From Promethearchaeota archaeon (GTDB taxonomy: Archaea > Asgardarchaeota > Lokiarchaeia > Sigyniarchaeales > SOKP01), in assembly GCA_016839555.1 (NCBI GenBank), contig JAEOUA010000010.1, forward strand, positions 384,001 through 448,000: a stretch of DNA of 64,000 nt. The letters run 5' to 3'. The notes beneath the pieces are model-generated. The model made no database searches. It was not told the origin of the DNA and worked only from the letters and a program-made list of their open reading frames with translations. A program made the translations under genes and the position numbers. This document shows, piece by piece, positions 1 through 10,635 of this stretch. Position 1 is the first letter of the stretch. Each line of letters opens with the position of its first letter.

Positions 1-145
1 TCAATAACTAAAAACCTAACTATTTAAAGAAGTTCAGATTATTATAAAATTAGGAATTTTTTTGAGAAGTAGTTCGCTACTATTAATCAAGGAATAATTT
101 AAATTTATATTTATTACTCTTTAAAGAGGAAACAATTAATTAATA

Positions 146-760
146 ATGAGTGAAAAAGGTTTTCAACGGAATTTAAAAGATACTTTAGTAATTGTCAGTG
201 GAATACCCAGATCGGGAACTTCATTATTAATGCAGATGTTAAACAATGGTGGGATGGAGATATTAGCAGATGATATAAGAAAACCTGATGAAAGTAATCC
301 GAAGGGATATTTAGAACTTGAAGCGATAAAAAAATTAGCTCAAGACAATTCTTGCCTTAAAAATCAAACTGGGAAAGCAGTAAAAGTGATTTCTCATCTT
401 CTGAAATATTTACCGGAAGAACAAAAATATAAAATTATCTTTATGAATCGAGACATGAACGAGATTATTAAATCACAACAAAAAATGCTTAATAAAAATG
501 AAAAGAAATATTCTAAGGAATTAATTAAGGCTTTTCTCAAAGAACTTAAACATGTAAAACAATGGGTTAAAGAACAACCTCATAAAGAAATGATAAATCT
601 ACATTATAAGAAAATAATCAAGCACCCAATGAAAGCAATTGATAAAATCATCCAATTTCTAGGCATACCACTTGATAAGGAAGCAATGAGAGATTCCATT
701 GACCCACGTTTATATCGCAGTAAAATAGATGAATCTGAAAATGATTATATTAATAATTGA
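146..760 (+). CDS. Sulfotransferase family protein
   Basis: PAPS-binding P-loop-like motif SGIPRSGTSLLMQML near the N-terminus; 204 aa. Confidence 0.8.
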   Translation: MSEKGFQRNLKDTLVIVSGIPRSGTSLLMQMLNNGGMEILADDIRKPDESNPKGYLELEAIKKLAQDNSCLKNQTGKAVKVISHLLKYLPEEQKYKIIFMNRDMNEIIKSQQKMLNKNEKKYSKELIKAFLKELKHVKQWVKEQPHKEMINLHYKKIIKHPMKAIDKIIQFLGIPLDKEAMRDSIDPRLYRSKIDESENDYINN

Positions 761-838
761 ATTATAAAAAGATTCAGATTCATTTAACAGATTACATTAT
801 GGCTAAATCTCTAAAAAATGAAATATAAAAATAAGAAA

Positions 839-1624
839 TTAACTTCCTTCTTTACTTTCTACCTTTTCCTCTTCTTCCTTGCCCATTAATCTTATCACAG
901 CATCAGCAAGTTTGTTCTGACTTCTGCTGATAATACCTTTAAGTTTGCCCACTTTTCCAAGCACGCGCTCACTAATAGCGTTCCAAACAGAGCCGGGCTC
1001 GCCTTTTACTTCCATAAATCTGTCTCGAAATACCTTTACATCTATATTATCATACTTTTCTGCTGCGTCCGAACATTTAAAACATAAAATACAGAGATCT
1101 TCATCCACTACGATCTCATTATCCTTCACTGACAACGCTCCCGTCGCGCATTCATCGGCAAATTTTTCTAAAACTTTTTTATCTTTTTCGGTAGATGTTA
1201 TTTTTATGCTCCCCTCAACCACCTTCCGAATTTCTCTTCCATCTTCTAAAGTTCGGACTTGCTCTTTAAATTCGGGAAGAGAACCATTTTCTACAAGAGG
1301 AACCCTTTTTTCCCCATTAATAATGAGCTCTAAGGTGTAGCCAGGACAAATCCAAGTACATGAGCCACACCATATACATTTATCAGTATCAACAACAATT
1401 TTCTTATCAGAATCAATTCGCATATCTTTAGGAGTACCAATTGCGGTTTTCTTGATGGGTTCATCATAAATAGAAACGGTTACAGGGCAAACTCGGTGGC
1501 AAAACCCGCATTCTAAGCATTTACTCTCATCATATTGGAGGATCATTTCATGATTAAGCATTTTGTAAACATAATGAGTAATATTTTCGTCCACTTCTAT
1601 GGTCTTTTTAGCTGGTAATGAAAT
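839..1624 (-). CDS. 4Fe-4S dicluster / polyferredoxin (FwdF-like) protein
   Basis: CLECGFCHRVCP, CIWCGSCTWICP and CILCFKC ferredoxin motifs. The ORF track starts at GTG 1594; the frame stays open to an ATT at 1624 preceded by SD-like GGTGG. Confidence 0.75.
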   Translation of the reverse strand: MSLPAKKTIEVDENITHYVYKMLNHEMILQYDESKCLECGFCHRVCPVTVSIYDEPIKKTAIGTPKDMRIDSDKKIVVDTDKCIWCGSCTWICPGYTLELIINGEKRVPLVENGSLPEFKEQVRTLEDGREIRKVVEGSIKITSTEKDKKVLEKFADECATGALSVKDNEIVVDEDLCILCFKCSDAAEKYDNIDVKVFRDRFMEVKGEPGSVWNAISERVLGKVGKLKGIISRSQNKLADAVIRLMGKEEEEKVESKEGS

Positions 1625-1829
1625 CTTTAATCCACCTTTCTTATCGTAGTAATAGTTTTAATATGAATAATATAAATTTATTAATAAATAAAATTATTAT
1701 TTTTATTTCAATTCGAAGTTATTAATTTCCTAATTACTAATTTCAACAATAGATAATTTATATTTTTTTCTCTGATACTTATTTAAAAATATTTCAACTT
1801 CAATCTTTTCCAATTTAGAGATCTTCAAT

Positions 1830-2954
1830 TTATTTCTGAAAAATATCGTTTACTAAAATCTCGGTGGATTCAAATACAGAAATATCTCCACTAAATTCTT
1901 TCACTAATCTCCCAAAAATCGTTTCAAACTTGGTTATAAATTCTTTTAACAATACTTTTGTGTAATTTAATTCTTCAGAGGTGTATAACACTCCTGTACT
2001 CAAATTTCCAGAATACATGACTATGTTTTCATCCTTTTTCTTTACAACGGAAATTTCCATCCGAGATTGCGTCATTTGATCAATCAGCACATTTATTCCG
2101 GAAAAGGCTGCTGATATTAAATTTTGATCCATAAATTTCTTTCCTTCCTTAAATATTTTATAATAGAGACAGATTCCAGAAGAATTCATTAAAAATAAGG
2201 CCTCCAGCTTATCCATCCAATCAAACTCAGAAAAAGGGGGTAAAGTAAGGAAAAAAATGGAAAGCAAGAGGAGCCCTGCTAATTGGAGTATATCCCCTAT
2301 TAATCTTCCGGCTAATCCAAAAACATTTATCATTAAATCTGTAGAAAAAAGAAATCCTATAAGAGTTAAGCCAATTCCGGATAAATATTTGAAGAGCCCA
2401 ATATAGAGATTTTTTTTATTTTGTACTTTTTTTGTAAAATCAATTAAATATACCAACAAGAAAAAGATGAATATGGACCAGAAGAAATAAGTTAGGTTTT
2501 GGGTAATTCTTAAATCTATTATAAATAGAATAAAAAATGTAAAAGCATAAATCGAAAATAAAATGGTAAATAAATATCTCTTATATAGAAAGATTTTATA
2601 TTTTTCCACGCAGCGAAGGAAAAGAATTGAATTACAACTTATCGCAAAATATCCTAAATTTAGAAAGACATATCGAAAACTTCCTATGCTCCAGAAAAAG
2701 AAGGGAGATATTAATTCATCCTGGGCATAGAAATCCGAAAATAGATAAAAGAACCATGTTAAACCAAATCCCGTCAACAAGAAAAAATATCCTAACTCTT
2801 GCAAATTTCTTAAGCCTTTTTCTTGCTTTAGGAATCGGATTAAAAAGATTATACTAACCTCTAATAAAGTAATCACCAAGACAAATTCCATGATCAACAA
2901 TGGCAATCGAAAGTTCCCACTGATTGGAAATGTAAGATATAAAATATTAAGCAC
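1830..2954 (-). CDS. 7TM membrane protein with C-terminal longin-like domain (Lokiarchaeia-type)
   Basis: About 7 hydrophobic segments, then a soluble domain LEALFLMNSSGICLY...LKEFITKFETIF...GDISVF typical of longin folds. Confidence 0.6.
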   Translation of the reverse strand: MLNILYLTFPISGNFRLPLLIMEFVLVITLLEVSIIFLIRFLKQEKGLRNLQELGYFFLLTGFGLTWFFYLFSDFYAQDELISPFFFWSIGSFRYVFLNLGYFAISCNSILFLRCVEKYKIFLYKRYLFTILFSIYAFTFFILFIIDLRITQNLTYFFWSIFIFFLLVYLIDFTKKVQNKKNLYIGLFKYLSGIGLTLIGFLFSTDLMINVFGLAGRLIGDILQLAGLLLLSIFFLTLPPFSEFDWMDKLEALFLMNSSGICLYYKIFKEGKKFMDQNLISAAFSGINVLIDQMTQSRMEISVVKKKDENIVMYSGNLSTGVLYTSEELNYTKVLLKEFITKFETIFGRLVKEFSGDISVFESTEILVNDIFQK

Positions 2955-2963
2955 CTCTATTTT

Positions 2964-4124
2964 TTAAACAATTAATGTTTTTAGAATCATATCAAAACTC
3001 TTAAAGAGTAGTTTTTCTCTTTTTCGATCAAAGTCTTCCATTAATAATTCTTTATAGAAATTTTCAAATTGGTTTTTAATTTTAGTTAGAAAAACGCGAT
3101 AACTCTTTAAGGGATTATTAACAAGTAAGGCATATACAATATGAGAAAAGTTTTCTGTCCCATATTCTAATAAAACAACAACCTCTCCTTTTTTAATTTC
3201 TTGGAGATTTTTATCTCGAGAATAGGATATTTCAGCAAGGATTCTATCTATACCCTTTATTCCGCCCTTAATTAATTGCTCTAGTGCTGTAATATCGGAA
3301 ATAACCTTATCAACCCCTTTATTTTTTAGGGAGGTGGAAATATCAGTAAAATCCTTCTTATATAGAATAGAATTCTTTTTTTGATTAATAATAAACAATT
3401 TAATAAGGTTTTCTTTCCATTGGAACTCATAGAAAGTAGGAAAATTATAAATTCCAATTAGAACCATTCCAAACCCAGCAAATAAGATGAAAACCCCAAG
3501 ATATCTCAAAGTTACTAACAAATAGCTATTTAATAAGAAATTAAAAAAATTTAACACAAAAAATAGGGAGAAATAACTCATGATAGTCCCAAATATCACT
3601 TGATTTAATCTATATTTAATTTCTCCTGAAATTTCTCTATTTATGATGAATATAATAGAGAAGAAATAAGCAATAATTAAGGATATTGTAAGGATATATA
3701 TTAAAGTTTCTATAATTGGGATTAAAATAAGCATAATAGCGCTAAGAATGATTAAAATTATACCACAAATTAAATATATATAATTAATTTTTAAGCTTAT
3801 AATCTGGGAGAATTCTTTGATAATTACGAAAATAACTAAGGGCATAATATTAAGTTGGACAATAAAAATAGATAGCCAATATAATATGTCTCTAGTTCCA
3901 AAATTTACTACAAAAAACTGAGAAATGGTGAAGAAAAATAAACTGGAAATAAAGAGAAAGTATATAGTCCCAATAGCTAGTAAAATTTTATCTAAAGGAA
4001 GTTTTTTATAACTTAATTTATAAAATCTGTAAATTGAATAAAAAGCTAATTCAATACCTAGTATTATAATTAAGAGATATAAGAGAAACTGAAATTCTTC
4101 ATAATAATTTAACTGTAAAATCAT
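2964..4124 (-). CDS. 7TM membrane protein with C-terminal longin-like domain (paralogue of the adjacent gene)
   Basis: About 7 TM segments, shared FP.F.EF.W linker, LFIIN...KIKNQFENFY tail. Confidence 0.55.
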   Translation of the reverse strand: MILQLNYYEEFQFLLYLLIIILGIELAFYSIYRFYKLSYKKLPLDKILLAIGTIYFLFISSLFFFTISQFFVVNFGTRDILYWLSIFIVQLNIMPLVIFVIIKEFSQIISLKINYIYLICGIILIILSAIMLILIPIIETLIYILTISLIIAYFFSIIFIINREISGEIKYRLNQVIFGTIMSYFSLFFVLNFFNFLLNSYLLVTLRYLGVFILFAGFGMVLIGIYNFPTFYEFQWKENLIKLFIINQKKNSILYKKDFTDISTSLKNKGVDKVISDITALEQLIKGGIKGIDRILAEISYSRDKNLQEIKKGEVVVLLEYGTENFSHIVYALLVNNPLKSYRVFLTKIKNQFENFYKELLMEDFDRKREKLLFKSFDMILKTLIV

Positions 4125-4266
4125 CGTTATTAGAATGATTATTATTGTTAAAAATATTGCTTTTCAGATTTAAATAATTTTGTTTAATCTTTTCTTTAAT
4201 GAAAGAATAATTTAATTAACCTTATGAAAAACATAAACACTACTGTATAAGTTAGCTAATAAGAAT

Positions 4267-5229
4267 ATGAAAAATAAATCATTATCAGAGATAACTTTTT
4301 CAAAAATCTTTATGCTGCTTTCTGCTACATGTATGGGCTTTGTTGGAATTTTTGTTGATTTATTATCTGAGTTTCCAATTTATACCATCGCATTTTTCAG
4401 GGGTGTATTTGGAACATTATTGTTAACTATTCCGATGATTAAAACCAAATCATTTTCACTAGAATTTTTAAAAAAAGTATTTAAATATAATTGGAAACTA
4501 TTACTTGGATTATTAATTGTGAGTCCAATAACTATTTATTTATATTTTTTAAATATTTCTTTATCAGGTTATGCAGTTGCTGCCTTTCTTTTATATACAA
4601 ATGGGTTATTTCTTTTAATTTTTCTTTCTCTATCAAGCGAAAAACATTATATTACTAAAAAAAATATAATTGGATTTATATTAGCCTTAATTGGAGTATT
4701 ATTCATAATGGAAATTTGGAAGGGAGATTTATTGATAAATACCGTTTTAATTGGTTTAGCATCTGGGATAATATTAGCAATTCAAGTTTTTCTTAAAAAA
4801 AAAGTATATGAGAAAAAAGAGAAATATTCTTCTGAATTTACAGAAGAGCATATTATTGATACTTTTTTGGCGTGGTGGTATACTCTTACATTAATAATCT
4901 TTTTTTTACCCCTCGGAATTAAGGATATTATTCATCTAACTGGTTATAATTTATTATATTGTTTTTTATTAGGATTGATTCCAACCGCATTAGCCTTTAT
5001 CTTATATAATAAAGGAATTAAGAATGATAAGGGAGGTAATATCTTTATTCTTTCCTATTTTGAACCTGTAATTGCGACAATCAATACTGCCATTTTTCAG
5101 CTCCAAAATTTATCACTTTTTACCATTATAGGAGGCACTCTTATTTTAATTGCTAATATTATCATTTTAAAAAGTTCGAAAATAATTAATAATAATATTC
5201 TAAACAAAAGCAATCCTTTAGCTAATTGA
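4267..5229 (+). CDS. EamA/DMT family transporter
   Basis: About 10 TM segments, IAFFRG, LGLIPTALAFILY and SYFEPVIA motifs. Confidence 0.85.
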   Translation: MKNKSLSEITFSKIFMLLSATCMGFVGIFVDLLSEFPIYTIAFFRGVFGTLLLTIPMIKTKSFSLEFLKKVFKYNWKLLLGLLIVSPITIYLYFLNISLSGYAVAAFLLYTNGLFLLIFLSLSSEKHYITKKNIIGFILALIGVLFIMEIWKGDLLINTVLIGLASGIILAIQVFLKKKVYEKKEKYSSEFTEEHIIDTFLAWWYTLTLIIFFLPLGIKDIIHLTGYNLLYCFLLGLIPTALAFILYNKGIKNDKGGNIFILSYFEPVIATINTAIFQLQNLSLFTIIGGTLILIANIIILKSSKIINNNILNKSNPLAN

Positions 5230-5237
5230 GTTGATTA

Positions 5238-5798
5238 ATGCCATATATGGAAATTTCTTTTGATGATATAATTTTTGACAGAAAAATTCAAACATTATGT
5301 ATTACACCTCAATTTAAATGCCCTTATTACGGTCATTCATGGGCCTGTCCACCGGAAGCACCCTATATGGAACAAGAAATCTCAAAATATTCTAAATTCT
5401 TTTTAATATATCGCAAATTTAATTTGGCCGAATACGTTGCAATAAAAAAAAAACAACATCCTAAGCGAAGTGAACGATCAATTAGAAATCGATTTTATCT
5501 AAAAACTATTATGAGAAATGATTTGGAGAAAGAAGTTTCCCAATTTTTACAGCAGTACACAGAAAATTATAGGGAACGACTTATTCTATGGGGTGGACAT
5601 TGTAGAGTGTGTGAGCAAAAAGGATATAGGAAATGTTCTTATGACAAAAATGAACCTTGCAGGTTTCCAGATCAAATGCGATACTCAATGGAGGCGGTAG
5701 GCATAGATGTGACAAACACAGTGAAGAATTTAGATTTAGAAATTGAGTGGCCTCCGATAAAGTATTATTATCGCTTCGCCTTATTCTGTTTTAATTAA
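5238..5798 (+). CDS. DUF2284 family metal-binding protein
   Basis: CPYYGHSWACPP, GGHCRVC and CRFP...RYSMEAVGIDV motifs. Confidence 0.8.
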   Translation: MPYMEISFDDIIFDRKIQTLCITPQFKCPYYGHSWACPPEAPYMEQEISKYSKFFLIYRKFNLAEYVAIKKKQHPKRSERSIRNRFYLKTIMRNDLEKEVSQFLQQYTENYRERLILWGGHCRVCEQKGYRKCSYDKNEPCRFPDQMRYSMEAVGIDVTNTVKNLDLEIEWPPIKYYYRFALFCFN

Positions 5799-6022
5799 TT
5801 TTAAATCTTTAATTTATAATTTTAATAATATAGAGAAATTTTTTTAAGTAATAAAATTAGTTTTTTAATTAAAAATGGTCCATGGAAGACTTTTATAAGA
5901 ATATAATTTTTATTATTTTTATTGCGTCCTACTTTTTATGGATAATTAAAAAGTTATAAATAGATTTAAAATAATATAAAAAATAATATTTTAATAATAA
6001 TTGAATTCTAATAAAACCAAAA

Positions 6023-6577
6023 ATGGAAAATAATATGTCAGCAGAGGGACATTGGCTCCTAAAAATTGCGATTCTAGGAGATGATGCAGTTGGCAAAACG
6101 TCAATAGTTAGCCAATTCGTCGATAATACTTTTAGAGAGGATTATAAAGCAACAATCGGGACTAATATTTTGGATAAAGATTTAAAGTTCCCAGAATTAA
6201 ATGCAAGTGCTAAATTGGTGCTCTGGGATATTGCCGGGCAAACACAATACGAAAAGGTCCGGCCCGGATATTATGAAGGCTGTTCTGGAGCATTATTAGT
6301 GTATGACATCACTCGATCCACCTCTTTTGAAAATATCCCCACTAAATGGTTAATGGATTATAAGAATTTTGTAACTAAAGATCAAATCTATATCTTAATA
6401 GGAAATAAAAATGACTTAGACAATCAGAGGGAAGTAAATAAAGAAGATGGGGAAAAAATGGCAAAAGAGATAGAAGCAATCGAATTCTTAGAGACTAGTG
6501 CGAAATTTGGCGTGAATGTTGATAAAGCTTTTATAAAATTAGCTAAAGAGATTATTAAAGTAAAAATTTCAACCTAA
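6023..6577 (+). CDS. Rab-like small GTPase
   Basis: G1 GDDAVGKTS, G2 ATIG, G3 WDIAGQ, G4 NKND, G5 ETSAK. Confidence 0.92.
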   Translation: MENNMSAEGHWLLKIAILGDDAVGKTSIVSQFVDNTFREDYKATIGTNILDKDLKFPELNASAKLVLWDIAGQTQYEKVRPGYYEGCSGALLVYDITRSTSFENIPTKWLMDYKNFVTKDQIYILIGNKNDLDNQREVNKEDGEKMAKEIEAIEFLETSAKFGVNVDKAFIKLAKEIIKVKIST

Positions 6578-6820
6578 AAATGATTTGAATTCTTATTATT
6601 AAATTTAATTGCCATTTTCTTAATAAGCTATATTAATTGATTAATAATGTAAATATAAGGAGATCCTAGTTTTTATATCAATTCCTTCTTGGATGAAAAA
6701 TAATATTCTTTATCATATTTAGTAATAGTAATAAATGGACTCCATTTTATTCTTATTTCTAGTAAGCTATTAATTAAATAAGCAAATCAATACTAAGATA
6801 ATATAAAAAATTGGTGAATA

Positions 6821-7285
6821 ATTATTATAGAACAACAAGGAAGAGTATTTATCCAATTTTCTAATTGGTTTTTCCAACAACCCTTATTTGCTCAAATCTT
6901 AACTACAATAGGTATTTTTGCCCTCACACTATTGATTCTTATAGCAGTTTATTATATAATTAAAGGTATCTACTTATTAATAAAGAAGATAATTCATAAA
7001 ATAAAGAAAAGGGTTGAAAGACGTTCAAATCGTCCACTCCAGCTAGCAAGAAATCCTTATATTTCAGTTAATCAAAAGACCCCAGAAAGTAAGCAACTTC
7101 AAAGAATTGAAGAATCAAAAAAGAAGGAAATAATTGTTCATTATCCTAAGCGCGTTAAATATTGTTCTGAATGTGGAATGGAATTTTCCGATAAGGTCAG
7201 AAATATATTAAACTCGAGGGGGAGCGCATATTGTGAATATTGCGGTAAAATTCATAAAGTATTGGAACAATCAATAGAAAGTTAA
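6821..7285 (+). CDS. Membrane-anchored zinc-ribbon protein
   Basis: C-terminal CSECG...CEYCG. The frame is open upstream of TTG 6932 back to ATT 6821/6824 after SD GGTGA, completing the TM helix. Confidence 0.6.
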   Translation: MIIEQQGRVFIQFSNWFFQQPLFAQILTTIGIFALTLLILIAVYYIIKGIYLLIKKIIHKIKKRVERRSNRPLQLARNPYISVNQKTPESKQLQRIEESKKKEIIVHYPKRVKYCSECGMEFSDKVRNILNSRGSAYCEYCGKIHKVLEQSIES

Positions 7286-7529
7286 GTTCGAATTCTTTTT
7301 TTATTCTTTTTATCATTAAAATAGGAATTTTTGTGGTAAGAATTTAAGAATAATCTTATTTGCTTTATCTGATATTTTAACTCCACTTAAAAATACTTAA
7401 GCAATACTAAAAAATATACTGAAATTTTTTGGAAGATCACGAAGACTATCTTAATGATATACATTAAGATATAAATAGGACTTAAGTTCAAACATTATAT
7501 ACACATAAAATAAAAATTTTTTAACTAAA

Positions 7530-8924
7530 ATGTCAACTATGAGCAATAAAGAAGATCTCTCAAAAAAGAAATATTCTACATGGATTCATTTCTCTTTTAA
7601 TTTATCCATGGTAATGTTGCCTGCTACTTATGGCTTTTTTTCGACTCATTTCTTTTATTTCTATGAAAAAGTGGTGCTCTTACCGGTGTTGCTTGTTGGA
7701 TTGGCAAATGTAATTTTTGTTATTTGGGATTCTATTAATGATCCTCTTATTGGTTTTTTCTCAGACCGTCCCAATCGCTTCACTAAAAGATATGGGAGAC
7801 GCTTCCCATTTATAATGATCTTTGGCATTCCCACAGTTGTGTCCTTGGTATTACTTTTTACTCCACTTCCGATTGATGGGCAATCTATGCCATGGCTAAT
7901 TTTTATTTGGATGTTGATTTGGTTATTATTACATGAATTTGGATATACCGCAGTAAGTCTTGCGCGAGCATTATTTCCTGAAAAATTTCGATCAGATAAA
8001 GAGCGTAGAAAAAATGCGGGTATTGGAATTGTGACATACAACATTGGATTATTCTTAGGGCTTATTATTCCTTTTATTTTTGTGTGGAAGAGTGATGCGA
8101 TGTCCTACCTCATTGCAGTATTAATCTTAACCATTCCCTGTCTTATTAGTTTTTTTCTGGGTATTCCCGGAATTCGTGAAGACCCTGAAATGATAGAAAG
8201 GAGTCTCAGAGCAGAAACAGAACCCTTTCTCACAACAGTAAAAAAAGCATTAAAAAAAAGGAATTTTGTGGTGTTTACTTTTGTAAATATTTGTATACAA
8301 CTTTTTGCGGCTCTTATGTTAGCCTCAATTAATTATTGGGTAGAATCAGTCTTATTGCTTCCTGAAGGTTCTCAAGCAGACGTAATTTTAATGATTTTAT
8401 GGTTCTTAGCAGGTTTAGCTTCAGTAATTTTATGGATAAAATTTGCCGAAAAATTTGGTAATAAAAAAACACAATTAATCGGCTTAATCGCAACGATTAT
8501 CGTATTAATTCCCGTTCTTTTTATCAGATCTTTATTAGGTGCTTTTATAACTTTCGCAATTTTAGGAGTTGCAGTAGGTTCTAATACTTTCATAAAATAT
8601 CCTGTTTTTGGGGATATCATTGATGAAATCACTTTGGATGAAAAAAAGAGACAAGAAGGTATGTATCAAGGTGTGTTAGTCTTTTTTGACAGAATTGGAA
8701 TTCTACTCCAGCCAATCATCTTTACGGTAGTTCATATACTCACAGCGTACGATCCTACCACTGCAGTCCAATCTCCACTAGCACAACAGGGAATTCTAGC
8801 TGCAATGACATGGATACCCGCTATCTTTTTAATTTTTGCTGCATTGCTTTTCTGGAAATTTTATGATTTAACTCCTGAAAAAAGTGAAGAATTAAAGAGA
8901 AAAGTAGAAGAATTAAAACTTTAA
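7530..8924 (+). CDS. MFS/GPH family (MelB-like) transporter
   Basis: WDSINDPLIGFFSDR...GRRFPF motif, 12 TM segments, DIIDE...RQEG motif. Confidence 0.88.
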   Translation: MSTMSNKEDLSKKKYSTWIHFSFNLSMVMLPATYGFFSTHFFYFYEKVVLLPVLLVGLANVIFVIWDSINDPLIGFFSDRPNRFTKRYGRRFPFIMIFGIPTVVSLVLLFTPLPIDGQSMPWLIFIWMLIWLLLHEFGYTAVSLARALFPEKFRSDKERRKNAGIGIVTYNIGLFLGLIIPFIFVWKSDAMSYLIAVLILTIPCLISFFLGIPGIREDPEMIERSLRAETEPFLTTVKKALKKRNFVVFTFVNICIQLFAALMLASINYWVESVLLLPEGSQADVILMILWFLAGLASVILWIKFAEKFGNKKTQLIGLIATIIVLIPVLFIRSLLGAFITFAILGVAVGSNTFIKYPVFGDIIDEITLDEKKRQEGMYQGVLVFFDRIGILLQPIIFTVVHILTAYDPTTAVQSPLAQQGILAAMTWIPAIFLIFAALLFWKFYDLTPEKSEELKRKVEELKL

Positions 8925-8966
8925 TTTTTTTTATTTTTATATTCATTATATTATTAGGAAAACTAC

Positions 8967-10562
8967 GTGTCTAATTTGGATATTATTATAAAAAATGGAA
9001 AAATTGTAGATGGTTCGGGAAATTCTTGGAAGGTTGGCACTATTGGAATAAAAGGAGAGAAGATAGAAAAAATTAGCATGAAAATAGAGGATGACGCTGA
9101 AAAAATTATAGATGCCAAAGGATTAATAGTCTGTCCGGGATTTATAGATTCACATACCCACTCTGATTTAGCATCAATCACAGACAAACAAGCATTTAAT
9201 TATATAACACAAGGAGTTACTACAAATGTTATAGGAAATTGCGGTTGGAGTGCTGCTCCAATCAATAAAGCAACAGTAAAGGATTTATTATCATTAGTCG
9301 CTCCTGATTTAGATGTTGATTTAACAAAGCTTTGGGAAAGTTTTGGAGATTTTCTTAATTTTATTGAGGGATTAAAATTAACAATTAATTTAGTCCCCTT
9401 AATTGGGCATGGAACGCTCCGGATAGCAGTAATGGGGCTTGATAACAAAGAGCCTACTCCAGAAGAATTAAATGAAATGAAATTGCTTGTGGAAAATGCA
9501 ATGAAATCGGGGGCATTTGGTCTTTCCGCAGGATTAGAATATATCCCAGGTTTATTTGCCAAACCGAAGGAATTAATTGAATTATGTAAAGTAGTATCTA
9601 AATATAATGGTATTTTCACTATACATACTAGGAATGAAGGCGATTTAGGAGATAAAGCTATTGAAGAAGCAATTAATATAGCCGAACAATCTGGAGTTTC
9701 CCTTGAGATTTCGCACTTAAAATTAGATGGAAAACGAAATTGGGGTAAAGCAGATGAAAGATTAGCCCTATTAGAAAAAGCACGAGCAAAGGGTATAGAA
9801 GTGACCACAGATGTGTATCCTTATACCTTTTGTATGACAAGTCTCCATGCTCTTCTTCCAAATTGGTTATTCGACCAAGGATTAGAAGCAGTTTTACAAA
9901 AATTAGAGGACGAAGAAATTCAACATAAGCTAGAAGAATATTATCAAAATGGAACTTCAATGTTAGCGCCTTCTGAGGAAAAAGATTGGGATAGGGTTAT
10001 CTTAAAGAATTCAAAAAATCCCCAATTTAGAGGTAAATCTCTCTTAGAAATTTCGAAAAATATAGAAAAAAACATAATTGAAACCTTAAAAACTATTATT
10101 AAATCTGACGGTTTAGCGGGAATGGTAGTGCTTAAGGGAATGAATGAAAAGGATGTATTAAAAATCGCGGAGCATCCACTTTCCATGGTTGGATCAGACG
10201 GAGAAGTAAAAAAAAGAGAAGATGAAGATATTCATCCTCGTTATTATGGTACATTTCCTCGCTTTTTGAAAATGATGGTATATGATAATAACATATTGAC
10301 ACTTGAAGAAGCAATAAGAAAGATGACTTCCTTCCCAGCAAATAAATTTAACTTGAAAAATAGAGGGCTCTTAAAAGAGGGATATTTTGCGGATATTACT
10401 GTTTTCAATCCAAAAACCTTGAAAGATAATGCCACACTTGAAGAGCCAAATAGGATCTCTGAAGGTATCGAATATGTTATAATTAACGGGAAGGTTGTGT
10501 ATGAACAAGGAGAGGCTCGACGGAAATATCCAGGAAAGATAATCAGAAAGCAGTTAAAATAA
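8967..10562 (+). CDS. N-acyl-D-amino acid deacylase (amidohydrolase family)
   Basis: PGFIDSHTHSD, QGVTT..GNCG, SHLK, GSDG and HPRYYGTFPR motifs. Confidence 0.88.
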   Translation: MSNLDIIIKNGKIVDGSGNSWKVGTIGIKGEKIEKISMKIEDDAEKIIDAKGLIVCPGFIDSHTHSDLASITDKQAFNYITQGVTTNVIGNCGWSAAPINKATVKDLLSLVAPDLDVDLTKLWESFGDFLNFIEGLKLTINLVPLIGHGTLRIAVMGLDNKEPTPEELNEMKLLVENAMKSGAFGLSAGLEYIPGLFAKPKELIELCKVVSKYNGIFTIHTRNEGDLGDKAIEEAINIAEQSGVSLEISHLKLDGKRNWGKADERLALLEKARAKGIEVTTDVYPYTFCMTSLHALLPNWLFDQGLEAVLQKLEDEEIQHKLEEYYQNGTSMLAPSEEKDWDRVILKNSKNPQFRGKSLLEISKNIEKNIIETLKTIIKSDGLAGMVVLKGMNEKDVLKIAEHPLSMVGSDGEVKKREDEDIHPRYYGTFPRFLKMMVYDNNILTLEEAIRKMTSFPANKFNLKNRGLLKEGYFADITVFNPKTLKDNATLEEPNRISEGIEYVIINGKVVYEQGEARRKYPGKIIRKQLK

Positions 10563-10635
10563 TGAAAAATAGAGAGAAAAAAAGATAATTCCTAAATTAA
10601 AAAATTTTAAAATACTTTTTTTTTCAATTAATTTT

